In this document: one piece after another, positions 46,871 through 56,387 of the stretch
Layout: every line of letters begins with the position of its first letter
Numbering within the stretch: the stretch's first letter is position 1
DNA from: Candidatus Brocadiia bacterium
GTDB lineage: Bacteria; Planctomycetota; Brocadiia; CAIUPP01
Assembly (NCBI GenBank): GCA_050015075.1
Contig: JBEKCB010000018.1
Span: 33,751-97,750 of the forward strand
Reading direction: 5' to 3'
Length of the DNA stretch: 64,000 nucleotides
Notes under the pieces: generated by a model
What the model saw: only the letters and a program-made list of their open reading frames with translations
What the model was told of the DNA's origin: nothing
Database searches by the model: none
Position numbers and translations under genes: made by a program

Positions 46871-48340
46871 TCAGCCGAGTGCGCGATCCCCGGTCGAGCG
46901 GTCGCCCTTCCACTTGCGCCAGATGAGCAGCCCGAGCAGGAAAACCGCCGTCGCGGCGGAGACGAGGAGCGAGAGCTTCAAGACCGTTTCGTACGCCGTC
47001 GCGGGCGCGGCGACGATGCGGACGTCCACCGGATACGGGTAGAGAACTTCCGTCCGCTCGAACAGCACGACGGACCAGCGGACGGAATGGTTGATGATCT
47101 CGAACGCGCTGATGAGGAACGCCGGCACGAGGAGCCACTTCAAGTTTCCCCTCGCGATCAGGCGGTCGAGCGCCTCCTGCATGCGCGCGCAGGAGATCAC
47201 CACCAGCAGCAGGACGGGGATGATCAGGAAGCGCGACGAGGCGCGCTCGGAGTTGACCAGCGGCAGCGGCAGCAGGGCGATGAACGCCCAGAAGTAGCCC
47301 ATCGAGAGCAGCGCCATCAGCCCGAGCGGCCAGTCGAGCGCCTTGTATTCCCCCCCGCGCAGGTCCCAGTCCTTGCGCCAGCGGACGGCGATCCCCAGGA
47401 CAATCAGCATGGCGAGCCCGAGGACCCCGACGTAGTAATCGTATTCCCACCATCCCTGCCGCCCGAAGATGCCGCCGATGCTGAACTCCGAGCGCTCCTT
47501 GATGGCGACGAAGCTTTGGAAGAGGTCGTACAGCGAGCGGTGGCCGCTGATGAAGCGATAGGCGCTCATGTTCCGGTACTCAAGCGCCGAGGGTAGGAAC
47601 CGGAACGCGCCGAGGAGCGCGGTGAAGAGGATCGTCCACGCGACCGTCGCGCGGCTCGGCCGGTGGGCGATCGCCAGCAGCGCCAGGAACATGCAGCACC
47701 AGATCACGATGTGGAACGACCCTTGCAGAAGCATCGCGAGGAGGACGAACGCCATGGCGGCGGCGGCGCCCGGGCCGGTTTTTCCCTCGGCCAGGTTCAG
47801 CGTGATCAGGCAGAAGAACGGCAGGAAGAAGTAGCCGAGAGACCACGCATGCCCGACGCCGACGTGGCTGGTGACGAAGCCGTTGAAGTTGAAAAGCAGG
47901 AACAGCACGGCGGTGGCGAAGGCCGAGAGCCGGTACTTCCGCCGGATCAGCAGGCACCCGATGAACCCGGCCGTGTAGAGCAGCAAAATGTTGCAGAGCG
48001 CGTACTGCCCGACCGGCAGCCAGGCGAGCGCGAGCACCTGCGGCGAGAGCGTCGTCTCCGGGATCGCCAGGAAGTGCGTGGTGTTGAGCACCTGCCGCGA
48101 GATGTGCCACGGCATCGCATGCTGCGTGACGGCCTGCTTGAGGACGTTGCCGTACATGAGCTGCAGCGGCCAGTCCTCGACAGTCATCCGCATCTCGCCC
48201 AGGTCGAGGAAGGCGGCCCAGTGCAGCGCGCCGAGGACGAAGAGGACGGCCAGGAAGGCGGCCTGACAGGCCCGCGCGCCGCGGCTATCGTGCGGCGCGC
48301 AGAAGAGGAACTTGCTGATCCGACTCAGCAGCCGCTGCAT
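46871..48340 (-). CDS. Polytopic membrane protein, possible GT-C glycosyltransferase
   Basis: DW motif, PWH, GH, WWEYD.YVG, ER..SRF motifs; many TMs. Confidence 0.7.
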   Translation of the reverse strand: MQRLLSRISKFLFCAPHDSRGARACQAAFLAVLFVLGALHWAAFLDLGEMRMTVEDWPLQLMYGNVLKQAVTQHAMPWHISRQVLNTTHFLAIPETTLSPQVLALAWLPVGQYALCNILLLYTAGFIGCLLIRRKYRLSAFATAVLFLLFNFNGFVTSHVGVGHAWSLGYFFLPFFCLITLNLAEGKTGPGAAAAMAFVLLAMLLQGSFHIVIWCCMFLALLAIAHRPSRATVAWTILFTALLGAFRFLPSALEYRNMSAYRFISGHRSLYDLFQSFVAIKERSEFSIGGIFGRQGWWEYDYYVGVLGLAMLIVLGIAVRWRKDWDLRGGEYKALDWPLGLMALLSMGYFWAFIALLPLPLVNSERASSRFLIIPVLLLVVISCARMQEALDRLIARGNLKWLLVPAFLISAFEIINHSVRWSVVLFERTEVLYPYPVDVRIVAAPATAYETVLKLSLLVSAATAVFLLGLLIWRKWKGDRSTGDRALG

Positions 48341-48408
48341 CGTGACTCCTGAGACTTGCCGCGCGCCGTGAAAACTTCCCGGTCCGGCCGCCAGCGAGGG
48401 CGGAGCGC

Positions 48409-51339
48409 TCAGCGAGCCGCGCCGGGGTTGAGCTGCAGCGCTTTCTCGGCCTGGCGCTTCATCTCCCTGGCGCGCTCGACCAGCGTCGGACTGGGATTAT
48501 CCTTGATGATGCCGTCACAAGTCTCTATCACTTCGTTCGTCCTGACGCCGTTCTTCAAGGCGTTTTCGGCGCTGATCATGGGGACGTCGTACCGGCAGAG
48601 CTTGTTCTTGACCGGATTGAGCAGTTCCCACTCCTGCTCCTCGTACGCATTGCGCGCCTGATGAGAGAGGGCCTCGTACCGGGCTCGTATTTCCTTCGAG
48701 ACGTCCACGTCGTCGAGCGTCATCAGCGTCTCGATCGCGCAATACCGCGTGGCCGGACCCGGACTCTGGATAAGCCCCACGAGCACCTTGCCCGCCTCGA
48801 ACCTGTCGAACCGCGCGAGGCCGGCGCACACCAGCGCGGCCACCGTCCGCGAGTACCGCTGCTCCGCGGGCGGCCGTGCGCCCGCTTCCGCAAGAGCCGC
48901 CGGCGGCGGAAAGCGGTCGCCCGCGTCGGACTGCATGAGCAGGCGCGCCACGGACGACAGGATCTCGAAGGCCAGCGGCGATTGCTCTTTTTCGATCCCT
49001 TTGCACAGGCTGTAGAGCGTTTCCGGGTCGGGTCCGAGAGACTGGCCGACGAATGCCCGAACATCGTCCTGCAGTTCCTTGAGGTTTCCCTCGGTGACCA
49101 CCGTCACCGCCGCGTCGACCCGCTGGCCGGGCGTACCGCTGCGGATCAGCCACTCGAGCACCGTCTGCGCCGTCTGCGGCGGAAACATCAGGCTGGCGCG
49201 GGGCTGGCGCACCTCGGAGAACGCTTTCACCGCATGCTTGTCAATCAGGGCATTCACTTCCGGCCCGGGCCGGCCCAGGTCAATCAGCGCGCAAGTGGCC
49301 GCCTGGACGGACTCCGGCGAATGGTCGGCCGGCGTCGCGACCCACTGGAGGAAATCCTTCTGGTTCTCCTCCTTCGCCTGGCGCGCCAGGCAGACCATTG
49401 CCGCGTCGCCGAAGGGGCCGCGCAGGGCGAGGAACGGGCCCGCCCATTCCGGGCTGCTGCGTTCTTCCTTGAGGACCGCGACCAGCGCGTCCGCCGAGGG
49501 ATGCGGCAGCCGGTCCGGCGTTGCCGTCACGACCCCGGCGATGGCCGGGCCGCCGCCGAGTCGCAGGATATTCCGGCAAGCGGCGGCGGTCGCCCCCTTG
49601 TCGGCCTTTCCGTCCCAGAGCGTTTGCCAGTCCGCCTCGGGCGCGGCCAGGAGCCCGGCCGCCAGTTTGCCCGCCTCCGCTGCATCGGCGTGCAGGTCCA
49701 GGTCATCATATTGGCAGAAGCCGGAGAGAAGGCAGGCTCGGTCCGGGCCCATCTGGCCGGTGAGATGGATTTCGCGGAGCTGCTTCGGACGGTGGAACGG
49801 CGGCGCCGCGCCGGTTTCGGCGCCCTTGTCGGAGAGCGCCGCGTCCGCCTCGACGGGCCCGCCGATCATCTCGTGCGTCTGGCCGCCGACTTCCCAGACG
49901 ACCCGCACGATCGAGATGCGCAGCCCGCAGGGCAAGGGGTCCGCCTGGGCATCGTCGCTGGGGACCGCGTACCAAATCTCCGCGGCGCCGGGGATGAATT
50001 GCGCGTTTATCGTCAGGCCGCCGCTCACCAGTTTCTCCCAGAGTCTCACCGGCGACGGCGGCGCCATCGCCGGCCCGCGGCCCGCCGCGCGCGGGCCACG
50101 GCGTGAGAAATTCGGCCCCGGTTGGCCTCGCCCCGGCCGGCCCGGCCGAGACGGCATCAGCACCGGCGGAGTCCCGCCCTCGCTGAAATTGAACCTGGCC
50201 CACGCCGGCGCGGTGCTGAAGAAAACCTTGAGGCGGCTGCGCAGCTCTCCGGGATTCGCGGCGCCGGTGGACTGCCCCGCCTCGGCCGGCGCCAGGCCCT
50301 TCTCGCGAAGTATGGCGGCCACGCCCTCATAGACCGTCGCCCGGCTCGCCGAGCGCATCTCTTGAATGCCGGCGTCGGCGTCGTCCTTGTCACGGATGTG
50401 CAGGTTCGCTGCCTCCAGCATCAGGTCGCCGGTCGGGGTGAGGACCGGCATCGGCGGCGCGGCGGCCCCCGCCGAAGCTTCGACCACTTCCACCTCGACG
50501 GGCGCCTTGGCGGCCAGGGCCTGGGCGGCTTCCTTCAGCGCCGCCGGGAACTCAGGCGCCGCCTCCGGCTGCGGCGCAGGCTGGGTCACGAGAATCGGCT
50601 GCGCTCTTACGCGCGGCTTCCTGCTGCTGAAGCCGATGCTGAGCGCGACGATGACGACGATGAGCAGCAGCAGGCCGCCCGCTACGCCGACCAGAGTCCG
50701 CAGCGGCTGCCGCCGTTTGCCGGACCCGCCCGGAGACGCCGGCGCGGCGTCCGAGGCGACGGCATAGCCGGACTTGTCGGCGGCCGTCTTAATGCGGAGT
50801 TCCTTGGCTGCGGCCGACTGGCCGCGGACGAGCGCTTCGGGCGAAGGCGCCCGATAGGCTCCGGCGCCTGTTTTGGCCGCCTGGACCGCCCCGCTGTGCT
50901 CGCGTGCGGCCTCTTCGGCGAGTATCTTGAAGAGAGCGTCCTTGTCCTCCGGCCTGTCTCCGCCCGCCGGCGCGACCGGGGACGGCGCAGCCGGCGGCAC
51001 AGGGCCTTGAGTAACGGCATAGCCGGGCTCGCCGGGGGCTGCTTCGGGCAAGGGCGCAAGCTCGGCTTCGACGTTCGCTTTGGCGGCCCGGGCGACGTCC
51101 GCCTGGCGTTGCTCGCGCGCGGCCTCTTCGGCAAGCGCCCTGAGAAAAGCGTCCTGACCGTCCGGCGCGTCTCCGCTCGCCGGCGCGACCGGCTGAGCGG
51201 GCTCCGCCGCCGTTTGCGGGGCCTTATTCGGAACGCGCATCCGCTTGTCGCAGGTAGCGCACTGAATCAAGAGACCTTCGCAACCGTCCGGAACGCTCAG
51301 AATCTTTCCGCAGCCTTCGCACTTCACGTTGATGGACAT
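48409..51339 (-). CDS. Large hypothetical protein: N-terminal Zn-ribbon, low-complexity linker, TM, helical repeat C-terminus
   Basis: CEGC...CATC, internal LAEEAARE duplication, hydrophobic TM segment. Confidence 0.75.
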   Translation of the reverse strand: MSINVKCEGCGKILSVPDGCEGLLIQCATCDKRMRVPNKAPQTAAEPAQPVAPASGDAPDGQDAFLRALAEEAAREQRQADVARAAKANVEAELAPLPEAAPGEPGYAVTQGPVPPAAPSPVAPAGGDRPEDKDALFKILAEEAAREHSGAVQAAKTGAGAYRAPSPEALVRGQSAAAKELRIKTAADKSGYAVASDAAPASPGGSGKRRQPLRTLVGVAGGLLLLIVVIVALSIGFSSRKPRVRAQPILVTQPAPQPEAAPEFPAALKEAAQALAAKAPVEVEVVEASAGAAAPPMPVLTPTGDLMLEAANLHIRDKDDADAGIQEMRSASRATVYEGVAAILREKGLAPAEAGQSTGAANPGELRSRLKVFFSTAPAWARFNFSEGGTPPVLMPSRPGRPGRGQPGPNFSRRGPRAAGRGPAMAPPSPVRLWEKLVSGGLTINAQFIPGAAEIWYAVPSDDAQADPLPCGLRISIVRVVWEVGGQTHEMIGGPVEADAALSDKGAETGAAPPFHRPKQLREIHLTGQMGPDRACLLSGFCQYDDLDLHADAAEAGKLAAGLLAAPEADWQTLWDGKADKGATAAACRNILRLGGGPAIAGVVTATPDRLPHPSADALVAVLKEERSSPEWAGPFLALRGPFGDAAMVCLARQAKEENQKDFLQWVATPADHSPESVQAATCALIDLGRPGPEVNALIDKHAVKAFSEVRQPRASLMFPPQTAQTVLEWLIRSGTPGQRVDAAVTVVTEGNLKELQDDVRAFVGQSLGPDPETLYSLCKGIEKEQSPLAFEILSSVARLLMQSDAGDRFPPPAALAEAGARPPAEQRYSRTVAALVCAGLARFDRFEAGKVLVGLIQSPGPATRYCAIETLMTLDDVDVSKEIRARYEALSHQARNAYEEQEWELLNPVKNKLCRYDVPMISAENALKNGVRTNEVIETCDGIIKDNPSPTLVERAREMKRQAEKALQLNPGAAR

Positions 51340-51557
51340 TGCCCTCTCCGGTCTCACGCTGGACAGATTTTACCACGTTTGGCGCGAGTTTTCCCAATCT
51401 CGCGGGCTTCTGCAGAAGCGCCGAGCCGCGCCCGCGCGATTGTGCCTTGACTGGCCGTGCTCGCAAGGTAGAATGGAAGTGGTCACGGCTTGCGGGGCGC
51501 GAGCCGGCCGCGAATGGGAATAGTCCGATCCTCCAGATTGCAGAAAAGGCGGCACCG

Positions 51558-52451
51558 ATGCGCAGGCTGTTGCATGCAGGGCTATGGCTGCTGATCGCGG
51601 CGGCGGGTTTCGGGCCCGCGCCGACGGCGCTTGCGGCCGCGGGCGACGAGCCGGTGCAGACGGCGTTTTTTGCGGACGCGTCGGCCGTGGCTGCGGGGCA
51701 GCCGTTCAAGGTCGGCGTGCTCTTCCGCATCGCGCCGGAATGGCATATCTACTGGAAGTATCCCGGCGACGCGGGGCTGGCGACGGAGGTGAAATTCGAA
51801 TTGCCGAAGGGCTTCGTCGCCGGCGAACTCCAGTGGCCGCTGCCGCAGTCGTTCGTCCAGCCGGGCGACGTGGCCGGCTACGGTTACACCGGCGAGGTGC
51901 TGCTGACGGCCCAGATCACACCGCCCAAAGACCTGCGGGTCGGAGAGGAGTTCGCAATCCGCGCCAAGGCGTCGTGGCTCAGTTGTCATGACGTCTGCCG
52001 GCCGGGCCGCGCGGAGCTGAACGCCCGGCTCGCCGTCGCCGCGCAGCGCGAGCCGGCCAACGGGACGCTCTTCGGAAAGTGGGCCGCGCGGCTGCCGCGG
52101 ACGGAGGAGTCGTGGACCGCGGCCAAGCATTTGCGCAGCGTGGTCGCGAACGCCGACACGCTGCCGGCGTCCGCCGAGACGAAAATCGCTATCGTGATCG
52201 TATGGGGGGCGAAGCCCGCGAAGGTCGAGTTCTTCCCGGCGCCGACGGAGGCGGTGCTCACGGACAAGCCGTCGGTGAATACCGCCGAGGACCGGACCGC
52301 GATCGTGATGACGGCGCGCCGCTCCGGCGTCGGCGCGGCGGACCGTCTCGATTGCCTTGTGGTATTCACTCTGGCGGACGGGGAGCGCGGCGGATTTCCG
52401 ATCCAGCTCAATATGCCCGCCGGAGAAGCCGCCGCTCCGTCCACGCCATAG
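51558..52451 (+). CDS. DsbD N-terminal-like (protein-disulfide reductase) domain protein
   Basis: Signal peptide, WHIYWKYPGDAG, WPLP, GY, WLSC...C.PG. Confidence 0.85.
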   Translation: MRRLLHAGLWLLIAAAGFGPAPTALAAAGDEPVQTAFFADASAVAAGQPFKVGVLFRIAPEWHIYWKYPGDAGLATEVKFELPKGFVAGELQWPLPQSFVQPGDVAGYGYTGEVLLTAQITPPKDLRVGEEFAIRAKASWLSCHDVCRPGRAELNARLAVAAQREPANGTLFGKWAARLPRTEESWTAAKHLRSVVANADTLPASAETKIAIVIVWGAKPAKVEFFPAPTEAVLTDKPSVNTAEDRTAIVMTARRSGVGAADRLDCLVVFTLADGERGGFPIQLNMPAGEAAAPSTP

Positions 52452-52467
52452 ACAAGGAGGATGACGC

Positions 52468-53091
52468 TTGAAGACCCTGCACGTCGTCACAGCGGCGGCT
52501 GTCATAGTCGCGGCGCTCGGGATTTACGGTTTGCGGGCGCAGGCGCAGAACGGTCCGGCGTCCGCGCCGGTCCGGAAGCCCGCGCCGGATTTCACGCTGA
52601 CGGACCAGAAGGGCAACACCGTCAAGCTTTCCGATTTCAAGGGCAAGGTCGTCGTGCTGGAGTGGACGAACCCGGACTGCCCGTTCGTCCAGCGGCACTA
52701 CAAGGCCGGGACGATGGCGGCCATGGCGAAGTCCTACGCGGCCAGGAGCGTGGTCTGGCTGGCGATCAACTCGACCTATTACATGAACCGCGAGAAAGAT
52801 GCGGAGTGGGCGGAAAAGCAGCAGATCGCCTATCCGGTCCTCGGCGATCACGATGGAAAGGTCGGCCAGGCGTACGGCGCAAAGACTTCCCCGCACATGT
52901 TCGTCATTGACGCGAACGGGAATATCGCCTACCAGGGCGCGATTGACAACGACGCGAGCGGGGAGAAAAAAGAGGGCGTGGTGAACTACGTCGCGCAGGC
53001 ACTCAACGCGGTCCTCGCCGGGACGCCGGTCGCCATCACCGAGACGAAGTCGTACGGGTGCTCCGTGAAATACCCGCCGGAGCAGACGTAG
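52468..53091 (+). CDS. Exported thioredoxin/AhpC-TSA family protein
   Basis: APDFTL.D, VVLEW.NPDCPFV, YGAKTSPHMF, Y.GAID, YGCSVKY. Confidence 0.9.
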   Translation: MKTLHVVTAAAVIVAALGIYGLRAQAQNGPASAPVRKPAPDFTLTDQKGNTVKLSDFKGKVVVLEWTNPDCPFVQRHYKAGTMAAMAKSYAARSVVWLAINSTYYMNREKDAEWAEKQQIAYPVLGDHDGKVGQAYGAKTSPHMFVIDANGNIAYQGAIDNDASGEKKEGVVNYVAQALNAVLAGTPVAITETKSYGCSVKYPPEQT

Positions 53092-53165
53092 AGCGGCGTC
53101 CTGAGAGCAGCACGCATACTTCTAGCCGGCGTCATGTCGCGCGTAGTACGCTGCGCGCTCTGGCC

Positions 53166-53222
53166 GCTCGTAGTGTGCCCGTCAGGGCATACGAATTAGC
53201 GCCTGCCGGCGCCACTACAAGC
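53166..53222. repeat. GTAG-type REP doublet (REPIN-like), copy 1
   Basis: GTAGTGTGCCCGTCAGGGCATA...TAGCGCC....GGCGCCACTAC; near-identical copy at 59214-59270. Confidence 0.75.
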
Positions 53223-53229
53223 GGCGTAT

Positions 53230-53256
53230 GAGATTCCTCGCTTCGCTCGGAATGAC
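53230..53256. repeat. REP-like palindrome GAGATTCCTCGCTTCGCTCGGAATGAC
   Basis: Same family as the pair at 63817-63903. Confidence 0.65.
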
Positions 53257-53281
53257 CGGAACTTACGCAGCTTATTTCCGC

Positions 53282-54562
53282 TCACTTCGCCGCCAGCGCC
53301 TCCGCCTTGGCGAGCACCGCGCGGAAGAGCGCGGTCTGCAGCACGGCCGAGGTCGGCAGGATCTCCACGTCGTAACCGGGCAGGAGAACGGCGGCGTCGC
53401 CGTATTCCCATTGCGCGTCCATGAGCATCGCCGGCTGCGGGCCGTCCAGCGGGGTGGGCGGCGCGTGGCAGAGCGCAACGACGGACTTGCCGCCCGCCCT
53501 GGCGGCCGCTTCGAGGAACGGCAGCCGCAGTTCCATGTACCCGATCTCGAAGTACACGTCACCCGGTTTCATCGCCGCGGCGATCTCCTCCGGCTCGGGA
53601 TAACGCTTCGGGTGTTTCGCCCATGCGGGCAGGCCGGGCAGGTCTATATCGTAGATGGTGTAATGCGACACGGACTCCACGTGCACCGCGCCGCCGCCGC
53701 GCACGCAGTCGGCCATCAGCCCGGCCGCGGCGGCCAACTGTTCGAGCGCCGCGCCGCGGAGCCCGCGGACTTGCCGTCGCAGCGCGTCGAGGTACAACCG
53801 GCCGATCCGCCCTTCCGGCTGAGCCGGCACGGAGAGGTCCTCGTGGAAGCGCCTCTTCGACGAGTCGCCTTCCACAAAGTACTTCGCGTTGCGCTCCTTG
53901 CTGCCCTGGAGCATGATGCTCTGCCAGACGACCGGCATCTTCCCTTTGCGCGTGAGCGAGCCGATCAGCTCGCCGGTCCAGGTCCAGAGCGCCGACATGT
54001 TGAAAAGCGACGAGGCGGCAACCGCACGCCGCTCCTCGGCGGCGCCTTCAGCGGTTATGGCCGCGACTTCGAGAGGGACCGCGGGCGCGAAGTTGACGAC
54101 GTGCGCGGCGCACAGCGCGGCGATCGGCGGGGTCGGCTCCTCGAACGCCGGCGAGAACAGCACCACGTACGCGCCCGCTTCCTTCCCGCGCCGGCAGGCG
54201 TTTTCCGCGGCGGAGTCCGCGTTCGTCAGCGCGCCGACCAGCAGCACGTCCTTCTCCGAAAGCGCAGTCTTGGCGTCGAGGCCGGCGAGCATCATCAATC
54301 CGCCCGCGCGCCCGCGCGCTTCGTTCACGAACCCCGCTTGCCCGGCCGCGAACAACCGCCCGCCGCCCAGAAGCCGCGCCGCCGCCGCATCCGCCGAGCG
54401 CGTCATCTCCGGCAACGCCGACTCCAGTTGCGCGAACTGCGCCAGCAGCGCATCGCGGCAGCCGGTCAGGAGCGGGTCCCGGTCGGCCGGCTCAGCGGCC
54501 GAACAAACCGCCGCTGCGGCCAACCCGAGAAGCAACGCCATTCCATTCATCCGATGAATCAT
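53282..54562 (-). CDS. Exported hypothetical protein with two SIS-like domains
   Basis: Signal peptide; AA..AA.L..GG.L and LAAAA..MAD....GG.V duplicated SIS-like segments, EILPTSAVLQ. Confidence 0.65.
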   Translation of the reverse strand: MIHRMNGMALLLGLAAAAVCSAAEPADRDPLLTGCRDALLAQFAQLESALPEMTRSADAAAARLLGGGRLFAAGQAGFVNEARGRAGGLMMLAGLDAKTALSEKDVLLVGALTNADSAAENACRRGKEAGAYVVLFSPAFEEPTPPIAALCAAHVVNFAPAVPLEVAAITAEGAAEERRAVAASSLFNMSALWTWTGELIGSLTRKGKMPVVWQSIMLQGSKERNAKYFVEGDSSKRRFHEDLSVPAQPEGRIGRLYLDALRRQVRGLRGAALEQLAAAAGLMADCVRGGGAVHVESVSHYTIYDIDLPGLPAWAKHPKRYPEPEEIAAAMKPGDVYFEIGYMELRLPFLEAAARAGGKSVVALCHAPPTPLDGPQPAMLMDAQWEYGDAAVLLPGYDVEILPTSAVLQTALFRAVLAKAEALAAK

Positions 54563-54653
54563 GACTCGATGCTCCTTCAGAGCGAACTCAAGATCGGGCT
54601 TACTGCAACCGAGAAGAGCGCATCTTACCACAGCGCGCAGGGCCTGGGTAACG

Positions 54654-54749
54654 GGCTGATGGAGAAGGATCCTGATTTGCGCAGGTGGTCGCGCAATAAT
54701 CGGGAGAAAAGGATTCAAGATCAAACGTTTGTTGGATGAAACGCCATGA
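54654..54749 (+). pseudogene. Relic of the small partner gene upstream of 54746
   Basis: Frame reads G*WRR...IGRKGFKIKRLLDETP*, with its stop overlapping ATG 54746. Confidence 0.4.
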
Positions 54750-54976
54750 CATTGAGACATCCGCAACCAAGGTATGCGCTTTGTGTGCAGAACGCGGATT
54801 CTGAGGACCTGGAGAAGCGGAAGATCTACCAGGTTCTGCCCGATAAAGCGGCCGCGAAGGAAGGCTACCTGAGGATTGTTGACGATTCGGGCGAAAGCTA
54901 CCTCTATCCCGCGTCTTATTTCATACCTCTCAGGCTTCCGACAAAGGCGCGCCTTGCGCTGGGCGTAGCCGGCTGA
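54746..54976 (+). CDS. Small conserved hypothetical protein
   Basis: ALCV.N....LE.RKIY.VL.D..A...GYLRIVD.SGE.YLYP..YF; lower GC. Confidence 0.75.
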   Translation: MTLRHPQPRYALCVQNADSEDLEKRKIYQVLPDKAAAKEGYLRIVDDSGESYLYPASYFIPLRLPTKARLALGVAG

Positions 54977-55000
54977 TGTCATGCAGCTCGCAAGGCCAAA

Positions 55001-55858
55001 CTACGGTCGAGCCGGTTTGGCATTCGCCGGCGCAGCCGCCGGCTCGGGCGTTTTCTCGTCGAGCGAGTAGCTCGTGCCGAAGTCCTTCTTCTGCAATTGC
55101 CCCAGCCGGAACGCGGCCTGCTTGCGCGTGAGCAGCGACTTGCCCCTCTTCGCGGCCAGCCAGTAGTAGTGCGCGGCGTGCTCGTATTCGCTCAAGTCGT
55201 TGTCGCAGATCTGCGCGGCGCGGTACACCGCGTCGTGCGGGGTCTCCGGGTTCGCCAGGTACGCGAGTTTGTAGAGCTTGACCGCGCGGGCCGGTTCGCC
55301 GACGACGCTGCTGGAGTAAATCTCTCCCAGCGCGAACGCGGCCGAGTCCACCGCCGTGCTGTTCGGATACTGGATCAGGATCTGCTGGTACTGGACGGCG
55401 GCCTGCTTGTAGCGGTCGCCGCGATTGAACGGGTTGATGGCCGTGCGCGTCGAGTCGGCCTCCTTGAGCAGTTGCGTGGCCTCGGGGATTTCGGTCGTCG
55501 CGGAAAGCTCCGGCAGCCGGTCTTCCCAGTGGACATATTCGAAGTGCCGCGACTCGGCCTCGTCCTTGCGCTCCTTGCGGACCTGGATCAGGCGCTCCGC
55601 GTTGCCGCGGCTTTCGTAATAGGTCTCCAGCGCCGCAAGCTTGGCCTCGTAGGCGGCACGGGCGCGCATGGCATCATCGGCGATCTTCTGCTCCTCGCCG
55701 GCGGTGAGCGTCTCGGCCAGGATTTCGGCCTTGTGCCGGGCGCAGTATTTCTCGCCGTCGGGGATCTGCTGCAGGCACAACGGGCAGACCGCGGCCCAAC
55801 TCACCGCGCACACCAGTAGCGCGGCGCACAGCGATGCAACCACTTTTCGCAACGTCAT
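55001..55858 (-). CDS. Exported TPR-containing protein with N-terminal CxxC/CxxH motif
   Basis: Signal peptide, CPLC...YCARH, Y..I...YPNS...DSAAF.LGEIY. Confidence 0.75.
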   Translation of the reverse strand: MTLRKVVASLCAALLVCAVSWAAVCPLCLQQIPDGEKYCARHKAEILAETLTAGEEQKIADDAMRARAAYEAKLAALETYYESRGNAERLIQVRKERKDEAESRHFEYVHWEDRLPELSATTEIPEATQLLKEADSTRTAINPFNRGDRYKQAAVQYQQILIQYPNSTAVDSAAFALGEIYSSSVVGEPARAVKLYKLAYLANPETPHDAVYRAAQICDNDLSEYEHAAHYYWLAAKRGKSLLTRKQAAFRLGQLQKKDFGTSYSLDEKTPEPAAAPANAKPARP

Positions 55859-56000
55859 GTTCTCTCCCTTTGCGGAAAACAGGCCGTTTCACAGGCCGGA
55901 CCGAAGGCGATTATATCGCCCCGCGCGCAACACAAGCAAATTCTGAGGCTGTTTCGGCGGAAAAGAGCCCGCGCAGCCTGGGCCCGATGACTCGATCGCC

Positions 56001-56125
56001 TCACGGCGCCGGGATGTATTTTACACGGCAGAGCGAGTCGTCCTGGGTCGCGAGGTACTCCATAACACCGTCGGGGCTGAAGGTCAGGGATTCGCCAAAG
56101 ATTTCGTCGTACTCCGCGGATGGCC
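56001..56125 (-). pseudogene. C-terminal relic of a beta-propeller protein
   Basis: YDEIFGESLTFSPDG..EYLA blade-like motif without a plausible start. Confidence 0.4.
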
Positions 56126-56290
56126 GGCCACCCCGTACCTGCGACAAACCACCCCGGCTCCCATTTCCCATCATGCGCGCGAGGGGCGCGCGTGGGCGCA
56201 TCCTCTTACAGAACAGCAGCTTGGCCCGGGTTCTACCTGCTCAGGGTCGTCGAAGGCCCTGCAAGAGCGGGAAATCATCCGAAATGGACT

Positions 56291-56318
56291 TTGACAACGG
56301 CCGCTTGGCGGGTACAAT
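56291..56318 (+). promoter_or_regulatory. sigma70 promoter for the lipoprotein gene
   Basis: TTGACA-16 nt-TACAAT. Confidence 0.6.
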
Positions 56319-56387
56319 GCTCCTGTGGGGAGACAACCGCCCTGAGATGGACGGCCGTATGGCAGATTTCGGCTTGAAAGGAACGTC

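Noticed and set aside
45699-47453. 584 aa ORF
   Set aside because: The real prepilin-like protein starts at 46859 with an RBS; the upstream part overlaps the 46871-48340 gene out of frame.
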